Shown piece after piece: positions 12,331-24,277 of a stretch of 64,000 bases of DNA. Positions within the stretch are counted from its first letter, which is position 1. The number at the start of each line of letters is the position of its first letter. The DNA is from Azolla caroliniana (Eukaryota > Plantae > Polypodiophyta), in the NCBI GenBank assembly GCA_043228905.1, contig JBHGNT010000004.1, forward strand, positions 20,026,001 through 20,090,000, read 5' to 3'. The notes beneath the pieces were generated by a model. The model saw only the letters and a list, made by a program, of their open reading frames with translations, ran no database searches and was not told the origin of the DNA. A program made the translations under genes and the position numbers.

Positions 12331-15029
12331 CAATAATGTTTTTTGCATACAGTTAGGTAATGATCAATATTAAAGTTTGGAAATATTATACCTTATAGGA
12401 TATTAAAGCCAATGAATATGATGTTATCTTCCTTAACACAAAATTGGAGAGTGTTCATCCAACGGGATTGTTGGTGCATTTCATCAAGGCCATATTGATA
12501 AATTCTTCTTCCTTTTCAAGGAGTGAGTGATGTAAAGAGACCAAACTGAACATGAGATTCTTGTACAATAGAATAAAACAAATAATTATGAGAGAGGGAG
12601 AGAGAGATCGTGTATGCAAGACAATATTTATAATAGCAACAAGGCAGAATTGTCAATAAATCAATCAACATCACAAAAGTGGAGAAGGGGTGCATTATAT
12701 TGGGATACCCTCTCATCACCTTCTCACTAACTTTTTGCATCGATGAAAGTAGGAGCATCATCAATAGACAAGCATACATTAGCTTTGCTCTTTGCATCAT
12801 TCATGTGGCCCCATAGGTCATTGTACTTGTATGACACAATTCACTCGTGGAAGCTATTGACATTCAATGCAAGTGCATAAAAACATATGACATTTGAACA
12901 AATATGCCCAAGTGTTTTTATGTGTCTCAACATGGGCCCAACATGTTAACTTGTCCTTATCATAAGAGCGCAAGTGTCATTGGTTGATTGGTGTGGCCCA
13001 TCTCATTGTTATTGCCAAATACATTGTCTTTTTGTTGATATGTAGTAGTTCTATTGTGGTCAGTGAGCGTTGTCAATCCTTCTCATGTTAACGCCATGTT
13101 GATTTTATGTATCGAGTTCTATTTGATCTCCCAACAATGCAATACAAGTTACAATGTTTGTAAATGACAAGTATTATCGTATGATATTGACCAATTATGA
13201 TGTACTCCACCTATATCATTGGATTATGTGACTTACCCATCTATTCATATGCCATTAACGGATTTTGGTGGAATATTGCATGAAATTCAGGAGACGTGTG
13301 GAGATTCTACATAATGTTTAGAGCTAAAAGGTTAATATACAATTATCTAGATGCATTTTTAGCATATTGTCCTTAATCCTCATTGATTTTTATGTTATAC
13401 ACTTGGTGCCTCTCGAAGTTTCAGAAATGTTGCACTTAGTATTTTGTGCATTGATGTATGTATGCGTGATAGAGATAAAAATGCAACCAATGGGAGCACA
13501 ATGGCCAACTATGTGTTATTGGGTTGAGCATTGCACTCCTTATTTCTAGAGTTAGTAATGACGATGAAAAATACATCAAACTTACGGGTTTATTGACTCG
13601 ATTTGTTTGATGCCAAGTCTCTAAGTTAGGTAATTTCAAGTGTGTAAGATGTTAGGACAACCATAAAGGTAATGCAAATTGTGAAATATATGTAAGCATG
13701 CATCTTTATTTCAAGGTTCCATGTAACTAAGAGTCGATTTAAAAAGGGTTTATTTGCAAATGTTGAATTGCATTTACAATACATGGATGTTTCGTGATTG
13801 TCCTCGTTGGGACAAATACTCAAATGGTGTATGTGGTTAAGCTTGTGATCAAGGTTTAGTCGTGTCTTGAGCGACAAGGTTAATGTTATGTCTATTATTT
13901 AAGCTATCATTTCTAGATCATGCATGACCTAAGATTTTGCTTCTTAAGTATTTCACAACATCAACACTAATAACTTTTGGTCATGCAATATGGATGAGAT
14001 TTAAATGAACACATGGGACGGATAGGTCTTTCTATCACAAATTGGAATACCTTCAAGCAATCGGTGTTCCAAATATACCAAACGATAGTGTTACTTGTCA
14101 TTTGCCATATTTGAAATTCACATGGCGCTATTAGTGGATTCAAGAGTATAGTTGTTATTTGCATCATAATGTGTCTTAGAGAAAGAGCATATGCAACATC
14201 CTCCTACTCATATAACATTGGATGGTCTTGTATAATTGCTCACAATACAACCCCCCATGTATACACCACTCGGGGAGGTACAAGTATTTATAGTTTTAAG
14301 GTTCTTTTCCATATTTCCATCACAAAATCACAACTCCACAAGCAATGGTTAGGAGTCTCCGATGGATGCACACAAAACAAAGTTTACCAGAAAGTTGGAT
14401 AGAGATGGTGCATTCATGTAAGAGGTTCTTCAGACAACATAAAGGGGCAACACTCGACGTGCGGGTTATCATGGTGTAGACAAAAAGAAACACTCGAAGA
14501 GAAAAGACATCAAAATGTATGGGGGAGGTACATACACACACATGTGTATAGAGAGGGAGAGAGAGAAAGAAAGGTATATTACGTCTTCTAAGGTCAAATT
14601 TGGGCCATGAGCCAATTGGTTTACAACAAAATAGAATATTTACCCATTCATCGAAAATATAAAAAATAAAAAATAAAAATAGAGCTTAAGCTAAATAGTT
14701 CTAGTAAAATAACAAACATGTTCTATGATGAAATAGCTTTATACTAGGCCTAGTTTCATTTCTATCAAAATCTCTCGAAAAGAAACAGGAGGTCAAAGGG
14801 TTTCGATGTGGATGTGGCCCCCCGTGGTCCCAATGTAGAAGGTACCCCAACCATAGCTTCTAGTTGGCATAGCTCACGCTCCCTTATCTTTGTAATCGTT
14901 TCTACTCCACGTCGAGTTGTTTTGAAGCCCAACATCCGAGGGTATTTGGTTGTTCTTTGCATTTATGCTTCCTCAAGAGAGAGATTGAGTGGTGTAAGTG
15001 TACCCACATCCATCGTCTCCCCTTGTTCC

Positions 15030-16190
15030 TGAAAAATTACACTACTTACATGTTGATGAATATTAAAAGGGTTATGGTTAACACTTTGTAGCTTATTCTC
15101 CCTATGTTGTTTTAGCTCTAAGATATCCTTACCTAGTCTCTTTATATCTGGGGTATCTAATAGTTTGGAGAGGGTCCTAATATGTCTTGGTATTCCACCC
15201 TTATCTTGGTATAGGTTGGACGCTTGCGCGTAAAGTGATACTCATCCTCTATCTCTATGTGACATAATCTACAGAGCCTTTCCTCTCTAGGGACTCGATT
15301 AGCCCAACCATTCTCAATCTCAAGTTAGTGAGATGATATCCTAAGTTGTCCAATGGCCACCCTTAGTGCATTTGATAAGAATGTATCTAGATATCTTGGT
15401 TGTGTAATAAAACCTAACTCGGAGAAGCGCAAGAAGTGTTCCGTATAGTACACCATTTTAGATGGGAGTGGCTCTCGTGGGGTGATCAATGTATATCAGG
15501 TGTAAATTTGCCATATATTCTTGGTGTATTACTTTATTATGGTCTTCATAAGATATACGGTTTGATCAACCCATGATTGTACTTAAGGGGAGGTAGGTTA
15601 TTAATGTCTATGTCATTTGCAAGTAACCAACTCACTATAGTGCTATACCAAGAGTTAGAGTTTCTAGACACATATAGGGATCGGGATGCCTCAAAGGCTC
15701 GACTGGAGATCCTATATTGTGGTTGGCTATGTATCCGATGAATAAAAACTACCACTTGGAAAAGTGCTTCTACTAACATCAGGGGCAAACTGAACTTTGC
15801 TGTAATAAAGTCATGCGGTACTGTCGATTTGCTTCGGAGTTGACGTGATCGCATCGTCACCAAAGGTCTCTCTAATTGCGTCCACATGAAAGATGGTAGA
15901 CCTGGAGCCCATACTATTGATGCATACACGAGGGAAGGGGTCACTAATGAGTCGAAGAGCCATCCCTTAGTCCGTGGCTCTTGAAAGTATGCTTGGTGGC
16001 ATTGTCTCTCTAAAAGTGAGAGGGATGCATAGCCTCTCGTTGGCCTATCTTTGGCTGCCTGGGTCATCAAGAATTTACCAGAACGAGCACTAAAAGTGAC
16101 TCCCAAGTATATATATGATCCGACTACCTCAACTGGTTTATGAGAGAGGAGTAGGTGACATTTACTCCTAACTCGGGACGATGTATGAGA
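15030..16190 (-). mobile_element. 5'-truncated non-LTR retrotransposon (LINE), ORF2 3' end (post-RT thumb plus C-terminal Zn-finger)
   Basis: VEVVGSYIYLGVTF (RT thumb YxYLG), LFDSLVTPSLVYASIVW, and downstream EERLCRLCHIEIEDEYHF (~15230-15290), typical LINE C-terminal motifs. The frame is disrupted. Confidence 0.75.
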
Positions 16191-16456
16191 GCAAAAGCAT
16201 ACATGTACGTATACTGCTATACATATACATATGCGTATGCGTATGCGTATACGTATGCGTATACGAATGAGAGAGGAGAGAGGAAGGCATTGGAATTGGA
16301 ATTTGGAGGGAAGGGAAGACTGAAAGAGATAAAAAGAGTTTCAAATTTCAAAGCCATATTTCCTCTCCCTCTCTTCTACAGCTTCTTCTTCTTCTTCTTC
16401 CTCCTCCTCTCACTCACTCACTCTGTCTGTCTCTTTCTGTCTCTTTGTATCCTGCG

Positions 16457-19400
16457 ATGGCTGCTGTGCTACCCGATTCAAATCAACTAGATCGTCTCGG
16501 ACGCGAGCTCAAGTGCTCTATCTGGTAGATCTCTTCGTCTTCTTCTTTAATCCCCACACAGACCCAGACACTCACACACAGACACACACACATTGTTAAC
16601 TTAGAGGGAAGGGAAGAGAACAAAAGAGACCGTGGAGTAGAAATGAACACAAGTTAAAGCGAAAGGAACCAAAATGAAGGGAAAGGGAGAGAGAGAACCG
16701 ATTGATCTTTTTGAGACAGAAATGAGTGAGAATCTATATTCATGATAGATCTGATTTGTTGATGTTGCAGCTTAAGCTTATTCAAACAAGCTTCTTCTCT
16801 CTCTTGCAATCATACCTTCTGCAGGTAATGCTATTTTCCGAAAACAACTCCTTTTGTCTATTTTATCCGTGCTATGTTACACAAAATGTAAAAATTATAA
16901 TCTGATGACAAATATATGCTTCCAGGTCTTGTATTTTGCAATCTGTAAAGAGTAGGCCTACATGTCCTCTGTGCAAAGTTCCAACCACTCGTAGAGGTGA
17001 GTCTTTCTTTACTTCTGGGAAACCTTGGGATTTTACTAGTCCTAATTTAGAGTTTGAATTTGTATATCTTTTATAAGGTTTCTTATCACCATTTAGGGTT
17101 TTTAAGGGGTCAAGAATTATGATGTGTAAGAGATATTTAAATTTTCTTAGGGTCTGTAAGGGGATTCTTCTATCTTCTGTTAAAAGTAGAATTGTGCGAG
17201 ATGAATCTTCATTCCTTTTGTTTAGAAATCAGAGTTTGCAATCGTTCAAGAAATAAAATAACGGTTTTGCAAGTGACTTAAAAGATGAAATTAGGGTTTA
17301 ATCAGATCCCAAAAGATGATTATGGGTTTGTAAATGTTGAAAAACTCAAATTAGGATTTGTAGACGTAAAGGGACGAAATTAGGGTTTGTGAGAGGTAAA
17401 ATGAGGGTTCACAACAGGATGGAAAGTGACAATGTCGTTTGTGAGAAGCGAAGATATAGAAATAAAGTTGCTAGAGAAAATAAATATGAAACGAAAGAGA
17501 TCAATATATCTTTCAAGGTTTTTTTTATGGGTCAAAAGATGGGAATTGAGCGTTTTTCCTGTTTGTTTTTTATAACCTTTGTGCGTTTTTTCTTCTTCAG
17601 AAATTCGGCAGGCTCCTCATATGGACTCTCTGGTTGCAATTTATGTTAGTATGGGAAATGCTGCTGGAATGGATTTTATGGCATCTCAAGCTGCACCAGA
17701 TACTTCAATAAATCCAGGCAAGTATAACATTCTTGGATTTATCTTGACTTTACCTTGAAAATTTGTGATGGATTTTTCACAAGCTAGGTTAACTTGGTGT
17801 TTATGAGTTCTCAGTATTTAAATTTCGGTTTGCAATATTTTTGCGTTCAACTAGCTTTGCAGTAGAAATATATGTTTTCCACAATTTCCCCAGTGACAGA
17901 TGAATTTCTACAAACTTTAGTGTCTTTATCAGTTCCCAGTATGCAACTTAAGGTGTGATTTAGCTGTTTAAAATTTCAGGGTTCATTTTTTGTTTTTACA
18001 TATTTCTTAAGCTTTACATAGCTTTATGATAAAAATGTTGCTAGAAGTTTTTTAATCTTATAGTTTAAGTTCTGTTTTAAAATTTAGAATCATCATTTCA
18101 TTACATTTATAACAGGTATGCATTAATGTCAATATGTCAGTAATATTCTCCTTTTCTAATTGCTGATTATCCAGATACAACGAGACCTGAGCCCTCTAAT
18201 AAGAAGAGGAAAGTTCTTTCCAACATCACCAATAATGAAAAGCGAATGAAAAGCAAAACACAAGGTGAACAAAAATCTCCAGAGATTTCATTTAAAGGGC
18301 ATATTCTGGCGAAAAAACGGGTTCAAGTTCCTAAGCCCTCCTCCATGAAAGGGGAATTTGGATTAAACAAAGACGAGAGTACTCCCAAAGAATGTTCAGC
18401 TAAAAAGTGTGAATTTCCTGATTATCATGATTTGATGAGTCTACAAGGCATTAATGTCAAAGGGAAAGAAGAATCAGAAGATTTGGATACTGTTGCATTA
18501 GATATTGAAATGCCCAAATGCAAGAAGGCACCTAAAGGAAGGAAGAGCAAAAAAGCTTGTGGAAATAAGAGAATAACTAAGAAAAATGAACAAAAAAAAG
18601 CCGATGAAGTGAATGCCTATAGTGAAAGTGAAAGGAAAATGAATGGTCTTGACGAAGAATATACGGAACCACCAAAAATTAATATTAAAACTAGTCAGTT
18701 AGGCAGTTCTCCAACAGAAGAAGACACCAGGAGAATCAAACTTGATCCTTTCTTTTGGTTAAGAGATGAGAATTCACAAGACAGCGAGGAAATACATGGT
18801 ACTCAACCCATGGCAAGCCTTTCTGTTGCTCAACCTACTTTCAGTGATCTGAAGGATAGTGATGATGATATGGATTTTGATGAGGTAAGCCATGCAATCC
18901 TGCAGATATAAAATTTGAATTTCAAAGTGTCAAATTGACAGAGCATTTGTTGTATTCAGGAAATTGCTTTAGTACGACCTGCTTTCAGTGATCTGAAGGA
19001 TAGTGATGATGATGTAGCTGTAGATGAGGTAAGTTGTGGTGAGGTTATAAAGTTACTGAATTTAAGTTAAGAGAGATTCATTGATAGGTCTTTTGATTCA
19101 TTTAGGAAATTATCAAGGATGATGCTACTGTGAATGCTGGTGATGGTTTTGCTGATCACTTCAACTCTAACTGTACAGAACAGACCCCAGAAGCACTCAA
19201 AGGCAACTGTCCAAAAGAAATTGTATGTTGATATGGTTATATTACCTTTTATGAATCTAATTGACCTCTAATAGTACATTCATTCCTGCGCACACACATT
19301 CAATGACTGATGTTGACATAATTCAACTACAGAATTCAAATAAAGAAGCTATAGCTGGCATTTCACTGGAGAATAAGGAACACCATGTGTGTGAAGTAGA

Positions 19401-22400
19401 ACTTTCATGTAATAGTGGAGAATTTGATTCTCAGGACAAGTTCCTGTCACCATGTGAAAGCAATGGCAAGCAACGGCATTTGAATTCAACAATGAAAGAT
19501 CTTACTCTACGGGGATGTATATCATTAAACAAAAATACTCTACAAAAGCAAGATGATATTGCTTTAGGGGGCTTGAGGGATGCTCTGAAGACAAAATGTT
19601 CTGAGACATTTTTCGATGAATCTCTAAAGACAGAAACAACTTCAAACTGTAAAAGGAAAGCCAAGACATGTGAAGCATCAGGGAAGAGAAGAAAATGTGC
19701 TTTGATAGAGAAAGCTATTTCTATTGAAAAGAAGGATGCACTAGCTACCAATGGAAAGAGAAAATTAAATGAGAAAAGTGCCCAAGTTTCTTCTCAGACT
19801 GGGCAAGCTCACCCCGATAAGTTGGAGACAGAGAAATCAATGATTCAAGGTCCAATTCTTGAGATGAACAAATCCAACATTTATCACCCTGAATGTATTT
19901 TTTGTGGAAGCTCAAAAGATTCTGAGGTAAGAATCAAAATAGGTCTTTGTGCTCTTTTCAAAGATGATTTGTAGCAATGTAAGTATACCTGGTCTTACTC
20001 TATGGTATGCAGGTCACAGGTCCAATGAAACATTATAGTCGGAATGGAGTTCCTGTGAAAAAAGTGAATGCTGAAGCTAAAATAATTCATGTGCATACCA
20101 ACTGTGCTGAATGGTATAATGATCATCCCACCGCCCTCCTTCAAATTTGTAATATCTCTTTTGCTTTAGGTTAGTTCTTTCTTAAATACTTCTGACGTTT
20201 CTTGGAAATTATTCAGGGCACCTGATGTTTACTTTGTTAATGACGTGGCCAAGAATCTTACAGCAGAGTCTGTGAGAGGTCAAAAGATGAAATGCAATTT
20301 TTGTGGAAAGAAGGGTGCAGCATTGGGTTGCTGTATTAAACGCTGTAAAAAGAGTTACCATTATCCTTGTGCAAGAACTCTCACATGTAAATGGAATGAG
20401 GTATGCATTCGCTGATACCTCGCTAGACAACTTTTCTTCGTTGTTATTTCTAGTTTGTAATTTATCTTACTCCTAGTTTGTAACTTATCTTACTCTGAAC
20501 CTTTACAAATGAATAAGGCAGGAATTTCTATAGTTTGCTGACTTTTCTTTATTGACATATTTTGTTTGTAACTACTTGATCTTATCGTTTGTGATGGAAT
20601 GAGGTAGGAATAGCATTGAACTCCATAGCTGCCTAACTTTTTTCGTTGTTATTTCTTGTTTGTAACTTATCTTACTCTGAAACTTTGTAAATGGAATGAG
20701 TTAGGCAGCTCCAAATTTATGTAAGTAGCATTTCATTATAAACATATCTAATTTATAACTTGTCTTGCTTCTGACTTTTGCAAATAGAAAGAAGTATTAT
20801 TCATAGCATTGAAGTCCTTCGCCAGCTTCTTCATTACCATTTCTAGTTTGTAACTTATCTTACCCAAACATTTTGTTGTAGGACAAGTTTATCATGCTAT
20901 GTCCTGAGCATGCATCTGAGAAGTTCCCTGGGAAAAATCAGAAAGAAATCTCAGATGTCACCGAGCAGAAAACCAATGCAACCAAGAAAAGGAATGCAAT
21001 AAGTCTAGCAGAAAAAACTCAAACTGATAATAGCTTACAAACTCTGAAATGGCAGTGTGGGGCAACTAATAAGTGGGTTCTCTGTGGATCTGCTTTAGAC
21101 AGTGCAGGAAAGGTATGGGAAGATACTATTTATTAACTAGATTAATTTGAAAAATGCTAACCTAATAACATTCTGTATGTCAAACATTTAATGTTGTCTA
21201 TAATGTGATCTGTATATAGTTGTGTATTGTGTGATTCTTATTAAAGTTTTTTTTTATGGAATTTCATGACCTTTAGATGCCTTTCAAAATCTGTGTGCAT
21301 TTCAGGAACAAGTAGCATCATTTGCAAAGCTCACGGGTGCGAGTGTCACCAAAACTTGGAATAGCCATGTGACACATGTAATTGCTGGTACCGATGAGCA
21401 TGGTGCTGCCCGTAGAACATTGAAATTCTTGTTAGCAATCTTAGAGGGAAAATGGATTCTGAAATTAGATTGTAAGAACTCCACCACTGTTCTTGGTTGA
21501 TTATTTTGAAGTTGATTATACTTTCACTATACCCATCTCATGCTCAATATATTTTTATCATTGCTGATTACACTCAAAATTTGATTGTTAATTAGGATTT
21601 TCATGCATTATTGCCATTGTTTCTGCTTACTCTATTGTGCAATGTAATTAGGGTTGAAAGCCTGCACAGAAGCAAGCAAACCTGTGAACGAGGAAGCTTA
21701 TGAGGTACCAAGTGACATCCATGGTGTGCTTGAAGGACCAAAGAAAGCTCGGTTGCGTGCGTCTCTCAAGGTATTTTGCACTGTCTATATTCTGTGTTTA
21801 CCATTATTTTTTTAAAGCCTATCATATAGGAATCAGCCCTGATTTGGTTTGAGGGGAAGCGAAGCGTTAAACGTGGTTTTGCCATTGGAGTTTTGGTTTG
21901 GTTTAAGTTCCTAGTTTTTTAGATGGTTTAGTTTGGTTTGGCTGACCCAGTTTGGTTTCTATTTAGTTTGACTAGGTTTATACAATTTCAAACATTTTTA
22001 TTAGTGAATTCTTAATTTTAATATTTAAAATAATGTGAAGACTTTAGTTTAGTTTTTTAGGTTATATTTAGTTTAGTTTTTTATTAATGGTTTGACGTAA
22101 TAGTTTAATGGTTTGGTTTGGATCTAAATATGTTGTGAGCATTTGAGTTTAAGTTTGAAGCTTTTGAAGAGGCTATGTTTGAACGGCTTAGGTGTAGATA
22201 GTTCGGTTTAAACGGTTTCAATAGGTTCAGTTCAGTTTGGTTTAGGTTCATGTTTGATGTTGATGGTTTGGTTGAACCGTACCAAATCGGGCTGATTACC
22301 AGTATCATACTGTCCATTTTCTACTTTTCCTTCATTTGTCAAAGTAATGCATTGTCTTTCTTCCACTTGTTCATGGTCATGTTAAGGCATTTTTCACTGT

Positions 22401-22809
22401 TGATATTGTATGTTTATCATTATTCGAAAGACAAAATCCTAACCAAAATACTGCAAATTTTGTTTAGGGCACTAAGCTCTTTGAAGAGTTCCAATTCTAC
22501 TTCATGGGAGATTTTTTGCCAGATTATAGAGGTGATCTGCAAACATTGGTCACAGCTGGTGGAGGTGTGGTTCTCCATAGAAAACCAGTTACCTCAGTTG
22601 ATGAAGCCTTACAGAAAGAAACAGTCATTGTGTATAATAATGAAGCTTCTATAGGCATTAGCAAAGCTGAGGTAACAAAAGTTTTATGTAGAAGACAGGT
22701 AGAGGCAAAGGAGCTAGGCATGTTAGTGAAGAATGCCCATGTTGTTCCTCATCACTGGATTCTAGATTCCATAGCTTCTTCTGAAGTACATGCATTCCCG
22801 TTGAAATGA
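16457..22809 (+). CDS. BRCA1: BRCA1/BARD1 homologue (RING - extended PHD - tandem BRCT), 14 exons
   Basis: Phase-consistent exons 16457-16524, 16771-16824, 16926-16996, 17601-17717 (GC donor), 18175-18884, 18960-19028, 19106-19222, 19333-19926, 20013-20113, 20216-20400, 20882-21112, 21306-21471, 21652-21770, 22468-22809. RING GRELKCSICLSLF..CNHTFC..C..CPLCK; ePHD CIFC..HVHTNCAEWAPDVYF..KCNFCGKKGAALGC..SYHYPCA; BRCT VLCGSAL..VTHVIA..RTLKFLLAILEGKWI and WILDSIA. BRCA1 vs BARD1 orthology is not resolved. Confidence 0.92.
20388..20870 (+). repeat. Degenerate ~95-100-bp tandem repeats in BRCA1 intron 10, derived from the exon10/intron junction
   Basis: Recurring atggaatgag(gt) (~20391, ~20595, ~20691) and tttgtaacttatcttac(tctgaa) (~20477, ~20659, ~20847). 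Confidence 0.65.
21831..22297. mobile_element. MITE-like non-autonomous DNA element in BRCA1 intron 13
   Basis: Terminal inverted repeats aatcagccctgatttggt / accaaatcgggctgatt; interior rich in GGTTT/GGTTC subterminal motifs. No clear TSD. Confidence 0.7.
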
Positions 22810-24241
22810 AGGAAATCCTTCATTTTTACTACTTGTGGGCAAAGTAAACAACTCCTTATTTTGTATACAATTACATTTTGCCTAGCCTTGTTTCGGAAAT
22901 ACATTAGGATGGTCCATCTCTACCAGAAAAGAACCTCAAAGCCACCCATTTGTTTTCTTAATTGGGCACAGCTTAGGTAACTACTACATACGTATTTGTC
23001 TTGTTCTAGACACCGATTGGGGAGAAGTTCTAATAGCTGATCATTTTGTAATGTTATAACTTATAATGATAACCGATAAACTTGATTTATTGTAATATTA
23101 ACCTTGCTATATTGAAGGGTTTCAATGAGCATAGAGTAAGTAAACTTGTGTATAATTGATTAACATAATGTTGAATATCTTTAGGTACGACATGGCGTAA
23201 GAGATTTTTGTATGTGTTGTATCCTACCTACCTATCTCTATTCTTTAACTATGCGTTTCCTTTGCTCATTTGCATGACAACAAACACTCAGGAACCTTGA
23301 GCTTGACCCAAGGTATGAACACATTGCCATCTCCATAACAAAAAACACAAGAGTAACCTTGAGCTTGATGCATATATTGAGACATTGCCTTATCAACATG
23401 GATTTAGATGTATGTTTCCATTCCTAATTTGGAAACGTATATAAAAAATGGAGGTGCTCACTGTGCAGATCAATAGTCAATGGAGAGGTTTATTGTGCAG
23501 CTCAACAATAGACAATGTGTCTTGTCAATTAAAAATTTGATGCCAAGATGTTTGATTCACTTAGCAATCACGTTGCTTTCACCCAACAACAGATTAAAGA
23601 ACCATATGTTCACTCTTGTGAGGCCATCACATCTCTTGTTCACAAGTAGGTCATCCATGCCTACAATTGTAGAGATGAATGTGCTTTCAATGTTTCATAA
23701 GTTCACAACTATACAGTCCGTCACCACACTCCAAGGGGTGCTTTCACATCTGATTCATGATATATCTATCTCATAACTAAGGTCTAAACAAAGAATGTGT
23801 ATAGATCTTAGAAGCATCATTATATAAACGTCAATATTATGTGGAAGTACATTGAAGTATATAAAAAATGCCTTATGAATGCAAAGATAACTTTTCATTA
23901 CTGTCTAAAGCGCAATGTTCTTTTGGAAACTCTTTTTATACATGATACAAAGCACAATCTCTTTTGATGTAGGTATATATGCTTCAACTTGTACATTCTT
24001 TCGCTATTATTATTATTATTGTTTGTTTGTTTGTTTGTGTGTGTGTTTTACGTCAAATTGAGGTAATACATGTATTGATAAAAAAACCAAGAGAAAAGTT
24101 GTTGAAGGTGGGCCTTGAACTCATGACCTTCCTATTCCTCTTCTCTTCTCTTCTCTTCACTTCCTCTCCTCTCTCAAGAAACAGAGACGTAACACTCTGC
24201 ACCTCTGCTCTTCTCTCCTCCTTCCGCTTTTCTTCTCTTAA

Positions 24242-24273
<32 letters not shown>

Positions 24274-24277
<4 letters not shown>

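Noticed and set aside
11300-14500. Protein-coding genes among the short ORFs
   Set aside because: No coherent exon chain; only faint retroelement-like traces too decayed to call.
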